From Candidatus Eiseniibacteriota bacterium (GTDB lineage: Bacteria > Eisenbacteria > RBG-16-71-46), in assembly GCA_963717505.1 (NCBI GenBank), contig OY970342.1, forward strand, positions 1,568,001 through 1,632,000: a stretch of DNA of 64,000 bases, read 5' to 3'. Position 1 is the stretch's first letter. The number at the start of each line of letters is the position of its first letter. The position numbers and the translations under genes are program-made. The notes beneath the pieces are model-generated. The model saw only the letters and a list, made by a program, of their open reading frames with translations. It did no database searches and had not been told where the DNA came from. Positions 12,264 to 22,773 of the stretch are shown here, one piece after another.

Positions 12264-14435
12264 CTACTGGATGACTGTGACCCGGGTGCCGACGACCCGC
12301 CCGCCCTGGGTCAAGAGGAGGGAATAGATGCCCGGTTTGAGCCGGCGTTCGGAGTCGAACGTGACCAGGTGTCGCCCCGGTCCCAGGCGTCCGACGTCGC
12401 GCCTGAGCACGCGGCGCCCGGTGACGTCCAGGAGATCGAGCGTGGCGGGACCGACGTTCGGCAGCGTGAACCACACCCGGAACGCGCCGCGTGTCGGATT
12501 GGGTTCGGCGGCCTCCAGCTTGAGCGAAGGGCCGGGGGAACTCAGCGGGACCGACGTCACCAGGGTCCCGGCGATGTCCGCATTCGTCTTCGGTGGCTCT
12601 GAGTTGTTACAGGTGTCGCGCGCGATGCTGTAGAACGCGTAGGTGACGCCGGACTGTCCGGCGAACGTGTCGGCGGTGGCCGGCGTATTCCGTCGCCACG
12701 GCCACCAGGTCTGGCCACCATCCCGCGTGGCGTAGATGTTGTAGTCCTTGATGTCCGGTGCCGCCGACTGCCACTTGAGCGAGAAACGGATCGAATCGGA
12801 GGTTGTTGGTCGAGGAAGCACGTTGCTCGTGGGAGGGGCGTTGTCTACCGTGGTCGGCTGCGCTGAGACCCTCTCGATACTGCCGTCGAAGTTGACCGAT
12901 GCCGAGTTGGGGATGGTCGTTCCCGTGGTGAGCGATGACCACGGTTTCACCGTGAATTTCACAGTGCCCTGTCCAAGCGGCGGATACAGATTCTTGAGTA
13001 GGAAGCCGGAATCCACCTCCGCCGGCGGGTTGTGGGTGATCGGGTCGATGGACATGAAATCCCACATCATGAACCCGGTGCTGTGGTTGATCGTGACTTG
13101 AATCCGCACGTCCATGGTCGGACGCAGGTGGACGTCCGGCGGCCGGAAATCGATGGTTTTCGGATCGGGCGGGTGGATGGTGGTTCTTGCAATCGTGATG
13201 TCACCGAGCTCGATGGTGGCCGGATTCAGCTTGACCACGTCGATGGTGTCCAGTACCACCACGTGCCGGGCGGCGTATGCGGCGGAGCTGGCGTTCTCGA
13301 ACGACACCGTGTACGGGGCGTACTGGCTGATCGAGAGCCGCTTGAGGGCGCCGTTCTTGTCGCTGGGGTCGAGCGAGCTGGCCGTCACCGACCTCAGCAC
13401 GTATCGCCAGCGCGCCAGGAACGGGTTGCCGCACGGGTAGGGGGCCGAGTTGGTCTCGATGATCTGCCTCATGTAGCCGAGGATCTGCCGGGCCTGGTTC
13501 TGCGCTGCGATCAGGCTGGCCGCCCCCTCGCACTGCCAGGCCACCTTGGACCAGATCCCGATCCCGCTCATGGCGTCCAGTTCGGGGCGGCTCGCCAGCG
13601 TGTCCGTGACCGTCGTGAGCTGGGTCGCCACGCATGAGGGGTTGGTGATGACCCCTGCGTTGACGAGGCAGTTGGAAAAGACGTTGCCGTGTGCCCACTG
13701 CGGCGCCACCGCCGCGGCGAGCTGAACCTGCGGAACCGTGGGGGGCACGGTGAGGTTGATCCGGCGCGTGATCGCGGTGCGCGCCGGAATCCGCGGGATG
13801 ACCAGCGCCAGGTAGCGCCCGGTGGGACTGGTGAAGGTGAGCGAGTCGAGCGTCCAGTCGGGCTCGCCCGCGTCCCGATGGGGGGCGGTGAGTGGGAACC
13901 CCAGCTCCACCGTGGCGGTGAGCGGAATGCCGGTGAGCCAGACGGGAACCGCCACGGCGTCGACATTCCCCTGGTTGTTGACGACCACGTCGAAGGCGGC
14001 GGGGTAGCTGGCGCGGATGGAATCGCGACCGACCAGGTCCACCCGGAGCTGCGGTGCCTCTAGGGCGCAGCCCAGCGTGACGCCGTCGGCGGTGGCAGTG
14101 ACCTTTGGCGGGCACTCGCTTTCGAAGACGCCGCAGATGCAGAAGTGCGCCACTCCGGAAAAATTGGTGACCACCACGACCTGGCTGCCCGTGTGCGGCT
14201 GTGTCGGGCAGAACGTTATCGGGCAGCTGGTGAAGTCGACGACGACCGTGGCGCCGGCGATCGGATTGTTGAGGAAGTCGCGTACGATGAAGTCGAAGCA
14301 CGCGGAGCCGTCCGCGGTCACGGTCACGAATGGCGGGCAGGTCGAGTTCAGGGGGTCGGGAATGCCGGCGCCTGCGGCGCCGATCCAGGAAACCAGCGCC
14401 ACCCCGGTCAGGCAGGCAATAGTACGTGCATGCAT
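12264..14435 (-). CDS. Secreted multidomain protein (Ig-like, 'DPxDK/FEN' domain, FN3-like, T9SS/FlgD-like CTD)
   Basis: Signal peptide (…IGAAGA-G); 'SLDPSDKNG...YTVSFENASSA..AARHVVVLDTID'; 'YAFYSIARDTCNNSE'; CTD 'EPNPTRG...LDVTGRRV...PGIYSL'. GGAGG RBS. Confidence 0.8.
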   Translation of the reverse strand: MHARTIACLTGVALVSWIGAAGAGIPDPLNSTCPPFVTVTADGSACFDFIVRDFLNNPIAGATVVVDFTSCPITFCPTQPHTGSQVVVVTNFSGVAHFCICGVFESECPPKVTATADGVTLGCALEAPQLRVDLVGRDSIRASYPAAFDVVVNNQGNVDAVAVPVWLTGIPLTATVELGFPLTAPHRDAGEPDWTLDSLTFTSPTGRYLALVIPRIPARTAITRRINLTVPPTVPQVQLAAAVAPQWAHGNVFSNCLVNAGVITNPSCVATQLTTVTDTLASRPELDAMSGIGIWSKVAWQCEGAASLIAAQNQARQILGYMRQIIETNSAPYPCGNPFLARWRYVLRSVTASSLDPSDKNGALKRLSISQYAPYTVSFENASSAAYAARHVVVLDTIDVVKLNPATIELGDITIARTTIHPPDPKTIDFRPPDVHLRPTMDVRIQVTINHSTGFMMWDFMSIDPITHNPPAEVDSGFLLKNLYPPLGQGTVKFTVKPWSSLTTGTTIPNSASVNFDGSIERVSAQPTTVDNAPPTSNVLPRPTTSDSIRFSLKWQSAAPDIKDYNIYATRDGGQTWWPWRRNTPATADTFAGQSGVTYAFYSIARDTCNNSEPPKTNADIAGTLVTSVPLSSPGPSLKLEAAEPNPTRGAFRVWFTLPNVGPATLDLLDVTGRRVLRRDVGRLGPGRHLVTFDSERRLKPGIYSLLLTQGGRVVGTRVTVIQ

Positions 14436-14534
14436 GGCGGCCTCCGACGGAACCCATCCTCGAATGGCGTGCCGTCTCGTTTTCGGGGGATGAGTGGAGA
14501 CTAGGTACTTATCGAACGGAATACAACGGAAGAA

Positions 14535-17500
14535 TCACCGAGTCAGGATGATCCTCCGGCTCATCAACGTTTCCTCGCCGGCGAGGCGCAGCAGGTAGAC
14601 ACCGCTCGGGGCCCGATGCCCTCCCGAGATCCCGTCCCAGATCATCGAATGATACCCGGGCGCGAGAGGCGCGTGATCGAGCAGCGTCGCCACGCGGTGT
14701 CCCTGGATGTCGAAGACCTCCAGCGTCACCCGCTCGTTCCGTGGCAGCCCGAAACGGATCCGTGTGGCGGCGCTGAACGGATTGGGAGCGTTCGGCTCGA
14801 GCAGGAGACGCGCGGGCGTGACCTGGTCCGCGCGAGATTCGCGCTCCACGTACTCTCTTGTTCCCGCCAGGATCGCGAGCCGATAGGGCCGCGCGTCGCC
14901 CAACGACAGGATCGAGTGGCTCGAGCCGGTATCCAGGCTCACGTCGGTGACGATGCCCTGCTCGCGGTCCACGAGGCGCACGTACAGATTCGCGCCGGGC
15001 GCGATTGCCGGCGAGACCCGGAGCGACACCTGTTCCGCAGGCGTCTGGCTGCGCAGCTCGACCTCCCAGGTCTCACCCTCGGTGCCCGGTGCGCGGAGAT
15101 CGCGACGATATTCGCCGGATCGCGCGTCCCAGTCCCGGTGCGCGAACGCGACCCGCACCCAGCGACCGGGCGGCGTTGGTGGCTCGTGGGCGTCCAGACG
15201 ATCCCATCCCGCCAGGGCAAGAGGATCGAGGCCGAGCTCGTTGGCCCCGTCGATCGCCGTCTCGGTTCGTGCCTCCAGCGAGATCCGCCAGGGATCGCTA
15301 CTCGAAGCAGCGGTGGCGGCTATCGGTGCCGGCTTCGGTGTGGTCGGCGCCGCGCGCGGCGGCACGCGGAGCGTCGTCGCGGCGTCGGCCCACACGAAGT
15401 AGCCCTCGAACGGCAACAGCACCGAGGGAGCCTGGCTCGCATAGCCGCCGATCGTTTTGAGCCCGGGGTCGAATGCGACGACGCTATCGCTGACCGCCGC
15501 GTCGCGTTGTACATCGGACCAGGCCACCGGGAAGTCGAACGGGTTACCGAACAGATTCCAGCCCTGTTTCAGCTCGATCGCGTAGTTGCTGTCCGTCGGC
15601 GTCGAGTATCCGACGATGGGCTGCGTGTCGACACGATGGGAGCCGCGGGTGATGAGCCAGTAGGCAAGGCCGGGCGCGGGCACGAAACTCGCCGGGTTGG
15701 ACGAGAACTCGACGTTCCCCGGCAGCGCCGGGTCGTAGAGGAAAGCCCGCCATTTTATGGGGTCGTAGGCGTCGAACTGGTCGGTGAGGAGGTCGTCGAG
15801 ACTGCCCGAGAACGTCTCGCCGAAATCGAGCGGCACGCTCAGCAGGCGGTATCGCAGGGCGGGGTGCTCGGCAGGCTCCGTGAGGTTCAGGACTTTGACG
15901 CGAATGCCGCCGAACGCACCGGCGGCCTCGGGGAAGCGGAGCACGGTGGTCAAGGTCTGCACCTCGACCCAGTACTCGATGCCGCGTGGTCCGACGACGC
16001 TGTCGGGAATGACCGAGCCGAGGAAGCTCCCGATCACCAGCGGCTCGGTCCTCCACTCGGGCTCGCCACCGCGGCGGTAGTGCATGGTTCCGGAGACGAA
16101 CACCGTCCCGTCGGGAAGGGTGACGTCCACCGGGATCTGGCGGTCCTCGACAAAGTCCGTGCCCGAGGTTGGTCGGGGATGAACCGCAGCGATGGACGCC
16201 GGTGGCGCAACCTGTTGGGTATCGAGCGTCGCGGGGGCGCCGAGGGGGCGCGTCGCACTGACCCCGCCGTTTTCGACACGGACGAAATACTCCACCCCGT
16301 GCTCGGTGACCGCCGAGCCGGGGATCGTGGCGATGAAGTCGGTGGAGAGCGCGGTGAGCGCGAGCGAGTCGAACACGGCGCTGTCGCCGGCAACCCGGTA
16401 GCACAATACGCCCCGTTCGAAATGAACGCCCGGCTCCGGCGTCACCACCACGTCGAACGAATTCCCCGGACGAACCGGATCGGGACCACCGAGGACGCGC
16501 GTCTCGAACTCGAGGCCGAGCACTCGCAGCGTGACCACCACCTCCTGGCGCGGTGAGTATTGGTCGTTGCTCACCAACACTAGGCTGTCTCGAACGGTGT
16601 CCGGGGCGCTCGCCTTGAGGATCAGTGTCTCGGGACTCGCCGCGTTCCAGTCGAGCGAAAGCGGTGGAGGACCTCTCAGGCTCATGCCGGGAACGGGGAG
16701 GTCATCCGAATGAGGAAGCCGTGCATCGCTGATCGTCAGCGGCTGCAGACCACGGTTCAGGATCGAAAACACCACCGACGTGACATCGCCGATCGTCACC
16801 GGCGGCAACTGCAGCACGGCCGGGGTCACCTCGATCTTAGGTCGCCACGGGCTCCAGTGCTTCTCGACCCCGAGCGATAGGGCCCAGGCGGGTTCGACGT
16901 CGCCGGGATATCCGCCGAAGATGAACATGTCTCTGGAGGCTGGATCGTAGACCGCCGAGTGGGCCGCGCGCGGACCGGGCGTGTCGTCGGCATCCCGCAC
17001 GACCGACCATTCCGGCGTGCCGGCAAGCGAGAGCAGCCACGTGTCGTTCCGTGGCCGGTTTCCGTCGCTGCCGCCGAACACGGTCATACTCTGGCCGATC
17101 GGATCGTAGACCGCCGTGTGCCCGCTGAGTGCCGGCGGGCGGAGCGGTCCCGAGGGCTGGATCTCGCTCCACGCCGGAAGAGTGACGCTCGAGCTGCACG
17201 ACGCGGCGTCGCCTAGACTCAGGGCCCAGGCATCGTTCGAGGCGCGCGCGCCCGCGAATACAACCATTCGCTGGCCGGCGGAATCGTAGATCGCCGAGTG
17301 ATGGTAGCGGGGCGGGGGAATCGGGCTCGAAGGATCGAGCGGGAGCAGCTCCCACCGCGGTGTCGACGACAGCCACAGGCACCAGACCTCGGGGAAATCG
17401 TTGAAGAGCGCGTCGACACCGCCGTAAACGATCATGCGGTCACACGCGGGATCGTAGACCGCCGAGCTCCACGAGCGCGCGCTGGGGCCGACTCCCGTGG

Positions 17501-17927
17501 GCTGCATCTTGCTCCACGTGAGGTCGGTGAGCGAGAGAGCCCAGACCTCGTCTAGGCCGCTCTTCGGAGTCACCCCTCCGAAGACGATCATCCGGTTCCG
17601 TACCGGATCGAGGATCGCCGCGTGTGAGGTGCGCGGGGAGGGGGGCGTGCCGTGGGTGGTCCGCGGCGTCCACTGGGGAACACCGGTAAGCGAGAGCTCC
17701 CACACATCGTTGAAGTAGCTGTTAGCGTCGGTTCCGCCGAATACGATCATGCGTTGTCGCAAAGGATCGTAAATGGCGGTGTGATCGTAGCGGGGGCTCA
17801 ATTGGGCGAGCGCCCCGGGGGTCCACGTCAGCGCAGCTAAGGTGGCGGCCAGGAGCGCGCCGCGGCGACTTGCCAGGGGCGAGCGATTCACGCTCGCGAG
17901 ACTAGCCCCGCCATCGAGGCCGAACAA
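14535..17927 (-). CDS. Large secreted Kelch-repeat + Ig-like protein with FlgD-Ig/T9SS-like CTD
   Basis: Six Kelch-type repeats, then 'FSILNRGLQPLTIS' (ASH/Ig-like), 'LKQGWNLFGNPF', and CTD 'APNPFSAATRIRF...VFDIQGHRVATL...WDG...SGVYLLRL'. True start may be GTG 17891. Confidence 0.82.
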   Translation of the reverse strand: MFGLDGGASLASVNRSPLASRRGALLAATLAALTWTPGALAQLSPRYDHTAIYDPLRQRMIVFGGTDANSYFNDVWELSLTGVPQWTPRTTHGTPPSPRTSHAAILDPVRNRMIVFGGVTPKSGLDEVWALSLTDLTWSKMQPTGVGPSARSWSSAVYDPACDRMIVYGGVDALFNDFPEVWCLWLSSTPRWELLPLDPSSPIPPPRYHHSAIYDSAGQRMVVFAGARASNDAWALSLGDAASCSSSVTLPAWSEIQPSGPLRPPALSGHTAVYDPIGQSMTVFGGSDGNRPRNDTWLLSLAGTPEWSVVRDADDTPGPRAAHSAVYDPASRDMFIFGGYPGDVEPAWALSLGVEKHWSPWRPKIEVTPAVLQLPPVTIGDVTSVVFSILNRGLQPLTISDARLPHSDDLPVPGMSLRGPPPLSLDWNAASPETLILKASAPDTVRDSLVLVSNDQYSPRQEVVVTLRVLGLEFETRVLGGPDPVRPGNSFDVVVTPEPGVHFERGVLCYRVAGDSAVFDSLALTALSTDFIATIPGSAVTEHGVEYFVRVENGGVSATRPLGAPATLDTQQVAPPASIAAVHPRPTSGTDFVEDRQIPVDVTLPDGTVFVSGTMHYRRGGEPEWRTEPLVIGSFLGSVIPDSVVGPRGIEYWVEVQTLTTVLRFPEAAGAFGGIRVKVLNLTEPAEHPALRYRLLSVPLDFGETFSGSLDDLLTDQFDAYDPIKWRAFLYDPALPGNVEFSSNPASFVPAPGLAYWLITRGSHRVDTQPIVGYSTPTDSNYAIELKQGWNLFGNPFDFPVAWSDVQRDAAVSDSVVAFDPGLKTIGGYASQAPSVLLPFEGYFVWADAATTLRVPPRAAPTTPKPAPIAATAASSSDPWRISLEARTETAIDGANELGLDPLALAGWDRLDAHEPPTPPGRWVRVAFAHRDWDARSGEYRRDLRAPGTEGETWEVELRSQTPAEQVSLRVSPAIAPGANLYVRLVDREQGIVTDVSLDTGSSHSILSLGDARPYRLAILAGTREYVERESRADQVTPARLLLEPNAPNPFSAATRIRFGLPRNERVTLEVFDIQGHRVATLLDHAPLAPGYHSMIWDGISGGHRAPSGVYLLRLAGEETLMSRRIILTR

Positions 17928-18012
17928 CCGCGATCGCTCCCAAGCTTCGTCAGGCGGTTGGGCGGGGAGTCTCCCAGCGCGTCCCTCCCGCAGCCCTTAC
18001 CTCCATCTCTGA

Positions 18013-18438
<426 letters not shown>

Positions 18439-18440
18439 CA

Positions 18441-18707
18441 GTGGCGACGTTCACCCTCGCGATCCTGACGCCGGAAAAGACCGTGTTCGAAGGACCGGTC
18501 GAGTACGTCGAGGTGCCGGGCACCGAAGGCTACCTGGGCGTGCTGGCTCAGCACGCGCCGTTGGTGACCGCGCTCGCCGCCGGCACCCTGACCGTGCGCA
18601 AGGCGGACGGCGTCACCGAGAAGATCGGGGTCAGCGGCGGGTTCTTCGAAGTCAGCGACAACCGGGCGACGGTGCTGGCGGATAGCGTGGAGACGGCCAA
18701 GGCGTAA
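18441..18707 (+). CDS. atpC: F1 subunit epsilon, copy 2 (intact ORF)
   Basis: 85 of 88 aa identical to copy 1; GTG start 2 nt after the atpD' stop. Confidence 0.9.
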   Translation: MATFTLAILTPEKTVFEGPVEYVEVPGTEGYLGVLAQHAPLVTALAAGTLTVRKADGVTEKIGVSGGFFEVSDNRATVLADSVETAKA

Positions 18708-18759
18708 GGGCGGCCGAACACGATCGCCGGGGTGAGCCACGGCGGGCGCGGCGGCAGCG

Positions 18760-19989
18760 CTATCGCATGCGCACGAAACGGCGAATGAGCTTTTCGCCGC
18801 CCGCATCGACATGCAGGAAGTAGATGCCTGCCGGCACTCGATCGCCCGATTCCGAGCGTCCGTCCCAGGTCAGCGTACCCGTCCCCGACAGCGCACCATT
18901 CGCGAGGGACCGCACTCGGCGGCCCGAGGCGTCGTAGACGACCGCTCTTGCGTCCATGGACCGGGCGGCGCTGAAGCGAAACGACGTTGTCGACGCGGAT
19001 GGATTCGGCATCGCGGCTTCGAGCGCGAAGTCGAGCGATGCCGTCGGCAAAGGCGGCCCGACGGCGGTGACGCCCAACGAGAGTCGGGCATAGCTGCTCG
19101 GCTCCTGCACCGTGCCCGATGTGACGATCACGTTGTACCAGCCGGTGTCGGGCATCGAGGCGTTGGTGATCGAAAGTGTGGGGGTATCCACCCCGCTGTA
19201 GTGGCCGCCGTTCGTCAGGGGCACGCCGTTCTTCCGCCACTGGAACGTGAACGCGGCCGTGGCGTCTTGGACGGTGCCGGGAGCGGGGTTGGTCCAGACC
19301 GTGAAATTACTGCTGCCGCCGGGCGGAATCACGATGTCCGACGGTTGGACCTGGACGATCGGCGAATTGGTCTGTTGGGCGGTCAGGAAGATCGCGTACG
19401 TCGGCCCGGCAATCGAGGGTCCATGGGTGGTCACCTGGGAGCGTCCTTCGATGAAGTAGTCGCCCGGCGCCAGACGTCCTTGGAGAATGACGTGACCGCT
19501 GTTCACCTCGATCAAGTGCCCGGCTCCGTGCGGATTCCCGAGTAGGATCTCGCCGTCCGACATCAGATCGCCAACGTCGAACGTGGCGTCGAGGAAGTAG
19601 TCGCTGGTGGTGGTGAGCCGGAACACCATGGTCGAGAGCGAGAGCGCCTCGTAGGAACCGGTTCCGCCCTGGAACTCCCCTGCGGTGGTGCCGGCGTGGT
19701 AGAAGCCCGTGACCAGGCCACCGAGGTCCCGGTAGAGCTGCGAGTTCTGGTAGGTCGTCGCGCTCGCGTGTCCCGTCTTACCGTCTGACGCCGTTGCGAC
19801 CTCGAAAGTGTCCCAGGCCAAGAAAGGGGACGGGGGGAGGATCCATCGATCCTCCGTAAGGCCCTCGTAGACCGCCTTTGCGTGATTCTGCCGCAGGTCG
19901 ATGAGGGGGACGATTTCGGCCCAGGCGGCCGATGTCGTGAGGAGGGTCGCGGAAGCGAGGAGCAGGATGGGGTGGCGGTTGGGCGTCAT
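18760..19989 (-). CDS. Secreted protein with immunoglobulin domain and FlgD-Ig/T9SS-like CTD
   Basis: Signal peptide (MTPNRHPILLLASATLLTTSAAWA); 'FTFQWRKNGVPL...TLSITNASMPDTGWYNVIV'; CTD 'PNPSAS...YDASGRRVRSL...WDGRSESGDRVPAGIYF'. Confidence 0.82.
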   Translation of the reverse strand: MTPNRHPILLLASATLLTTSAAWAEIVPLIDLRQNHAKAVYEGLTEDRWILPPSPFLAWDTFEVATASDGKTGHASATTYQNSQLYRDLGGLVTGFYHAGTTAGEFQGGTGSYEALSLSTMVFRLTTTSDYFLDATFDVGDLMSDGEILLGNPHGAGHLIEVNSGHVILQGRLAPGDYFIEGRSQVTTHGPSIAGPTYAIFLTAQQTNSPIVQVQPSDIVIPPGGSSNFTVWTNPAPGTVQDATAAFTFQWRKNGVPLTNGGHYSGVDTPTLSITNASMPDTGWYNVIVTSGTVQEPSSYARLSLGVTAVGPPLPTASLDFALEAAMPNPSASTTSFRFSAARSMDARAVVYDASGRRVRSLANGALSGTGTLTWDGRSESGDRVPAGIYFLHVDAGGEKLIRRFVRMR

Positions 19990-20079
19990 GATGGTCTCCC
20001 GGGTTGAGTTGTACCGGGTGAGACGATCCCCCGGCCCGTTCGTCAGCGGGAAAGACACGTCCGGGCGTCACCGTCCCCG

Positions 20080-21792
20080 GTGGTAGAATCTCGCGTGTTC
20101 CCGGTAGTTGTTCCCTCCTCGTCGAGGTTTCTCGTGCGGCTGATCCTGGTCACTCTCGTGGCGCTCCTGGCCCCGGCGGCTGCGCATGCCGCGTGGCAGC
20201 CGGGCGGGAATCGGATCGGCGTGGTCGAGTTGCTCGACGCGACGGAATCCGGCGGGCAACTGGTTGTCGCGTGGACACGTCAGGCGGCCCCCGACCGATA
20301 CGAAGTGCGCGCGCACGCCTGGACGTCAGATGGGGACATTGCGGCCGGGTGGCCGTCCGAAGGCGTTCTGGTGAGCGACCTCTCCGGGTATGTCGCCACC
20401 CCCGTGGTCTGCGAGGACGGCGCCGGCGGGGTCTTCGTCGCGTGGACCCACGTTCAGGGAGCCGAGAAAGACTTCCTGCTCCAGCACCTGTCGGCCAGCG
20501 GCGGCGTGGCGCCGGGCTGGGCCCCTGAGGGTCTGCAACTGGCAACGACCGGCCACTACACCAGCGCGCCGGTCATGGCCCACGACGGCGCGGGCGGGGT
20601 ACTCGTCGGCTGGTCCGAGGCCACCTACGACGGCGAAACTCGCGTCAGCGTGACCATCCATCGCATCGACGCCGGTGGCGTTCCCAATGCCGGATGGCCG
20701 GCAGGCGGGCACACGATTCCGAATGCCTATGAAGTCGGGCTGGTGGTGGATGACCAGCAGCGCGTGTTCGTGAGCACGGCCGCGTACGATCCGGCTGAGC
20801 GTAGGATTCTGGGAATGCGGGTGCAGCGACTGGCCGCGGACGCGACGCCGGACCCAGGGTGGCCCGAGGACGGCGCGCTCGTTCCGAACGAAAATTCCCC
20901 GGGCCAGTTGGGGCTGTTCCCTGACGGGGTGGGGGGCGTGTTCGCGGGCTGGCGAAATGTTGTGATCTGCCTCGATCTCTGTCCTCCGTCCTTCGGATCG
21001 ACGACGCGCATTCTCGCGTCCGGAACCCAAGACGAGTCGTGGATGCCGGCACTCACTGGATATTCGAGCGCGGTCGATGGGACCGGCGGCATGCTGCTCG
21101 GGACCGTGACCAAGGGACGCCCGGGCGTCGTGCGCCTCGACGTGGCTGGAGAGCCGATGCCGGGCTGGGCGCCCGAAGGGAACGCCGCGATGACAGAAGT
21201 GGTGAGTCCCTACGACGTGCTCGTTGCGGGCGACGGTGAAGGCGGCGCGTTCGTGGCGTGGAGCGATCGGCGAACCGGCACGAACCGGCTCTACGCCTCG
21301 CGGCTCGATGCCGCTGGCCGCCTTGCTGATGGCTGGCCGGCCACCGGCAGCGTAGTCGACGCGAATCGCGGTGGCAGCCCGTACGAAGTCAGGCTCGTGA
21401 GCCTGGATGAAGGCGTCGTGGTCGCGATCTGGAGCGAGGGGTCGACCGACGGTGCCGTTGCCTACGTGACGGTGCTTCGCCCTGGAGAGCCGGGGCCGAT
21501 CGCCGAATTGGGACCGGTCCCCGTGGACGTCGGGTTCGGGATTCGGATACTGGCCAACCCCGCGAGAGGTCCGATTGTTGCGACAGTCGAGTTGCCGAGT
21601 GCGGGACCGGCACGCGCCGACCTCATCGACGCCGCAGGGCGCGTTCTCGAGTCCCGGGACTTCGACTTCGCGATACAGGCTCAGGGCGCCGTGCGCTTCA
21701 ACCAGGCCCGTCAGCTTCGCCCCGGTGTCTACTGGGTCCGCGTTACCCAAGGCTCACGACAAGCGAACCGGAAGGTGATCGTCATCGAGTGA
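20080..21792 (+). CDS. Secreted repeat (probable beta-propeller) protein with T9SS-like CTD
   Basis: Signal peptide ending AHA; repeated 'GWPxxG...DGAGGxxVxW' units; CTD 'ANPARG...LIDAAGRVL...PGVYWVRVTQG'. Confidence 0.78.
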   Translation: MVESRVFPVVVPSSSRFLVRLILVTLVALLAPAAAHAAWQPGGNRIGVVELLDATESGGQLVVAWTRQAAPDRYEVRAHAWTSDGDIAAGWPSEGVLVSDLSGYVATPVVCEDGAGGVFVAWTHVQGAEKDFLLQHLSASGGVAPGWAPEGLQLATTGHYTSAPVMAHDGAGGVLVGWSEATYDGETRVSVTIHRIDAGGVPNAGWPAGGHTIPNAYEVGLVVDDQQRVFVSTAAYDPAERRILGMRVQRLAADATPDPGWPEDGALVPNENSPGQLGLFPDGVGGVFAGWRNVVICLDLCPPSFGSTTRILASGTQDESWMPALTGYSSAVDGTGGMLLGTVTKGRPGVVRLDVAGEPMPGWAPEGNAAMTEVVSPYDVLVAGDGEGGAFVAWSDRRTGTNRLYASRLDAAGRLADGWPATGSVVDANRGGSPYEVRLVSLDEGVVVAIWSEGSTDGAVAYVTVLRPGEPGPIAELGPVPVDVGFGIRILANPARGPIVATVELPSAGPARADLIDAAGRVLESRDFDFAIQAQGAVRFNQARQLRPGVYWVRVTQGSRQANRKVIVIE

Positions 21793-21841
21793 GACCAAAC
21801 TCGTTGCGCCGTGCCATGCTGGCAGCCGCAAGTCCGGATCG

Positions 21842-22762
21842 GTGAACCCCCCTCGCATCATCCTGCGCCAGGCCCGCGCCGGCGACATGCTCGGTTGCGC
21901 GCGTGTCTTTCGCCGTGCCGCGACCGATCTCGCACGCCGTTTCTCGGTCGCGGTGCCCCCGATCCAGGTTGCGGACATGGCCCACGCACTCGCCCACCTC
22001 CAGCGCACCGATCCCAAGGGGTTCCACGTCGCGGAGCGTGGCGGGAAGGTGGTCGGATTCGCCTCGACCATCGTGCGCGGGAACACGCACTTTCTCTCGA
22101 TGTTCTGGATGCTGCCGTCGCTCCAGAGCCAGGGAATCGGACGCCGGCTGCTGACGCGCGCGTTCGAGCAGCCCAACCCGCCTGCGACCGCGGTGCGCTG
22201 CGTCTATTCCTCGCTCGACCTGCGCGCTCAGGTGCTCTACACCAAGTTCGGAATGTATCCGCGCGGGCTGTTCTACATGGTCAAGGGCGCGCCCGGACCG
22301 TCTCCTCGTCCAGCGCCCGCGGTCGAGCTCGAGCCGATCGGCGAGGTCGGGAAGACGTCGCGCCAGATGCTCGCTGTGGCTGCGCGCTTCGATCGGAAGT
22401 TCCGCGGCACCCGTCGCGATCAGGACATCCGTTACGTGATGTCGCTTCCCGGAGCCCGCTTCTTCGTCGCGCGCGCCGGCCGCAAGACCATCGGGTATGC
22501 GGTGCTCAACGAGAAAGGGCGTGTGGGGCCGGCGGGCGTCGCCGACCCGCGCTACAGCGCGGGACTCGCCTGGGCGATCAAGGAAGCCGCTCGCGAGATG
22601 GGCGTCGAAAGCCTGATCATCCAGGTGCCGGGTGTGAATGTGGGTGCACTCGAGACCTTCTTCCACGCCGGACTCCGGACGGAGTTCTTCGGGGCCTGGA
22701 TGTCGGCCCGGCCGATCGGCTCGTTCGACGCCTACCTGCTCGCGGGTGGGATGCTGCTCTAG
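21842..22762 (+). CDS. GNAT family N-acetyltransferase (two-domain)
   Basis: 'FHVAERGGKVVGFA...LSMFWMLPSLQSQGIGRRLL' acetyl-CoA-binding motif. Confidence 0.8.
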   Translation: MNPPRIILRQARAGDMLGCARVFRRAATDLARRFSVAVPPIQVADMAHALAHLQRTDPKGFHVAERGGKVVGFASTIVRGNTHFLSMFWMLPSLQSQGIGRRLLTRAFEQPNPPATAVRCVYSSLDLRAQVLYTKFGMYPRGLFYMVKGAPGPSPRPAPAVELEPIGEVGKTSRQMLAVAARFDRKFRGTRRDQDIRYVMSLPGARFFVARAGRKTIGYAVLNEKGRVGPAGVADPRYSAGLAWAIKEAAREMGVESLIIQVPGVNVGALETFFHAGLRTEFFGAWMSARPIGSFDAYLLAGGMLL

Positions 22763-22773
22763 CGCGACCCGCC

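Noticed and set aside
21811-22773. 751-aa extended Mur-ligase ORF (apparent fusion)
   Set aside because: The upstream part overlaps the GNAT gene in another frame and is not protein-like; the real start is ATG 22774.
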